Assembly: GCA_036172245.1 (NCBI GenBank)
Contig: JAYWIR010000036.1
Coordinates: forward strand, 992,001-1,056,000
DNA length: 64,000 nucleotides
Source of the DNA: Raillietiella orientalis
Lineage: Eukaryota
Direction of reading: 5' to 3'
Under the pieces are notes generated by a model that was given only the letters and a program-made list of their open reading frames with translations, was not told the DNA's origin and ran no database searches. The position numbers and the translations under genes are program-made. Of the stretch, positions 62,591-64,000 are shown one piece after another (positions within the stretch are counted from its first letter, which is position 1; each line of letters begins with the position of its first letter).

Positions 62591-64000
62591 GTTTGTATAT
62601 GTGTGCCCCCCCCCCCCCCCCCCAAGTCCAACTGACCTCCTTGGAAAGTTACTTTGGGTGCACCTTTCGAAAATAAGGGTAGGGGTTATCCTTCCACTAA
62701 TGGTCGCACACGTCTACTGTGTCTGTCTGAAAGCATGCAGCATACGCTTTCAAGACTTTGCAGCAAAGTCAGTCAAAACCTGCAGAGTCCACATTTTCGG
62801 ATTCCCTAAAAATGGATGCCATTGGAATCCGGCATTTCCAACCCACTCTGAACTGCGGGAAAAAGTTCTGCTCAGCTTCCCATATTCGATTCAGCAGTCG
62901 CTGGAGTCACTTTCAATGCGGATAAATGAAGGGAAGGACTTCATAAATTAATGGGAGCAGAATCGGTTGGAAAAATTAACTGGGAAGCTGTGCGTCACTT
63001 TTATTGAAGGAGGATAAAATTCACGTGATAATAAAGGGAACGGAAAGCATCAGTTGTACAATGAGAACTCGATGGTATTAAAAGAAAGTCGAAGAGAGAT
63101 GAAAAGTGAAAAGCTAACGTCTTCCATCTTTCAGTATTGCGAAGACTTGTTTTCCCTGTGAATCATTACCCCACGTTTTGTGGAAATACATCTACAAAAA
63201 TGTAGATCGGCTCCGGGAAAGAACTTTAGCGATTTTACTGTGTAAATGCGAATTATCGAGGATGGAAAGACACCCAAAAAAGTCTTACGTAGAGTGGTTT
63301 CTTACGTACCGGAGGTCCGGCGTTCGCGGGAAGGCAGAACCGCCCGCTTCCTTCATGGTGATTCCGGAGCAATGAGTCGACAGAGTGGAGGAGGATGACG
63401 GTTTGACGAATTCACCGCGAAGATCGGTGAATCGTTTGTTCGAGATTCCCCACGGCCATCGACAGCCCGCGGTCAAGTACATAGAGAGCCATGGCGAATC
63501 GTCGATCCAAGAAATATGAGCCAGCAAGCTGCAGCACGGATAATGTTTCCACTATAACTATGGCAAGCTGCAACTTACCGGTTCTCCGGGTACGTGAAGA
63601 TGCTCCGGCACACGGCGTGAAAAGGTCTTCTCACACATTGCTCCTTGAATGAGATAATGAGTGTGTGGGCTTGGGAAAGCGTTCTCGATCGTTCTAACAT
63701 GTGATTTCTTCGAAATATGGAGGTTTTTCCTCAAACTTATTGCTGAGCCGAGGATCAGGGAAGCCCCGGTCGTATGCGTGATCAGCGCGAATGCTTTTAT
63801 GCCGATGCAGCCAGTGCGTAAATGGGACCTATCCGAACCGGAGCACGAGGAAGCGGAAGAGCCATTAAACAGCACACTACCTAAGACCAGTGCTGTTTAA
63901 TGGGTGCGAAATAGCTGCTGGCCGCTGGATCGCCAGCCTCTGATGTTCACGGAAGAAACCCTTTCCGGTGAGGGTTGCCGTGCTTAAGAATGATGGGCAA
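61385..64000 (+). mobile_element. Old L1/Tx1 ORF2 relic (endonuclease, linker, RT start), running off the window
   Basis: SLRGIAN (cf. N.RG), DRIDIML (cf. SRID), NWEAVR, RSGVRGKAEPPASF, GSPGT, KVFSHIAP, LKLIAE and LNSTLP, in canonical order. Interrupted near 62.0-62.8 kb. Confidence 0.5.

Noticed and set aside
41600..64000. Endogenous giant virus or Polinton insert
   Set aside because: No capsid, packaging ATPase or PolB motifs were seen. The protein-like fragments mostly fit non-LTR retrotransposon motifs in canonical order.
1..64000. CRISPR array, operon or prokaryotic defence system
   Set aside because: No regularly spaced repeats and no gene-dense organisation. The sequence is eukaryotic repeat-rich DNA.

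Overview
This is eukaryotic, almost entirely non-coding DNA. The taxon cannot be fixed from the sequence; the Tx1-type relics resemble those of arthropods, which is an inference. I found no intact protein-coding gene, true tRNA, rRNA or CRISPR array. The window is a dense graveyard of decayed L1/Tx1-like non-LTR retrotransposons, read by eye across frameshifts as ORF1 CCHC, APE endonuclease, RT and C-terminal zinc-knuckle remnants. It also holds copies of one tRNA-derived SINE family at six loci. Composition changes abruptly near 36.4 kb: a GC/CpG-rich left part, an AT-rich CpG-poor island at about 38.8-41.4 kb, and an intermediate-GC right part. The firmest structures are a near-identical 1116-bp direct duplication (6765-7880 / 28749-29864) and a ~327-bp, ~97% identical inverted duplication (10237-10563 / 35922-36247). 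The inverted duplication spans a Tx1 3'-end/SINE junction. The most interesting hypothesis is a Tx1-like family with a fixed 3' terminus (poly(A) signal, then YGGCGTKACCGG) that inserts antisense into the SINE at a CCGG microhomology. All TE-domain calls are motif recognition by eye with approximate boundaries and need HMM or Repbase confirmation.
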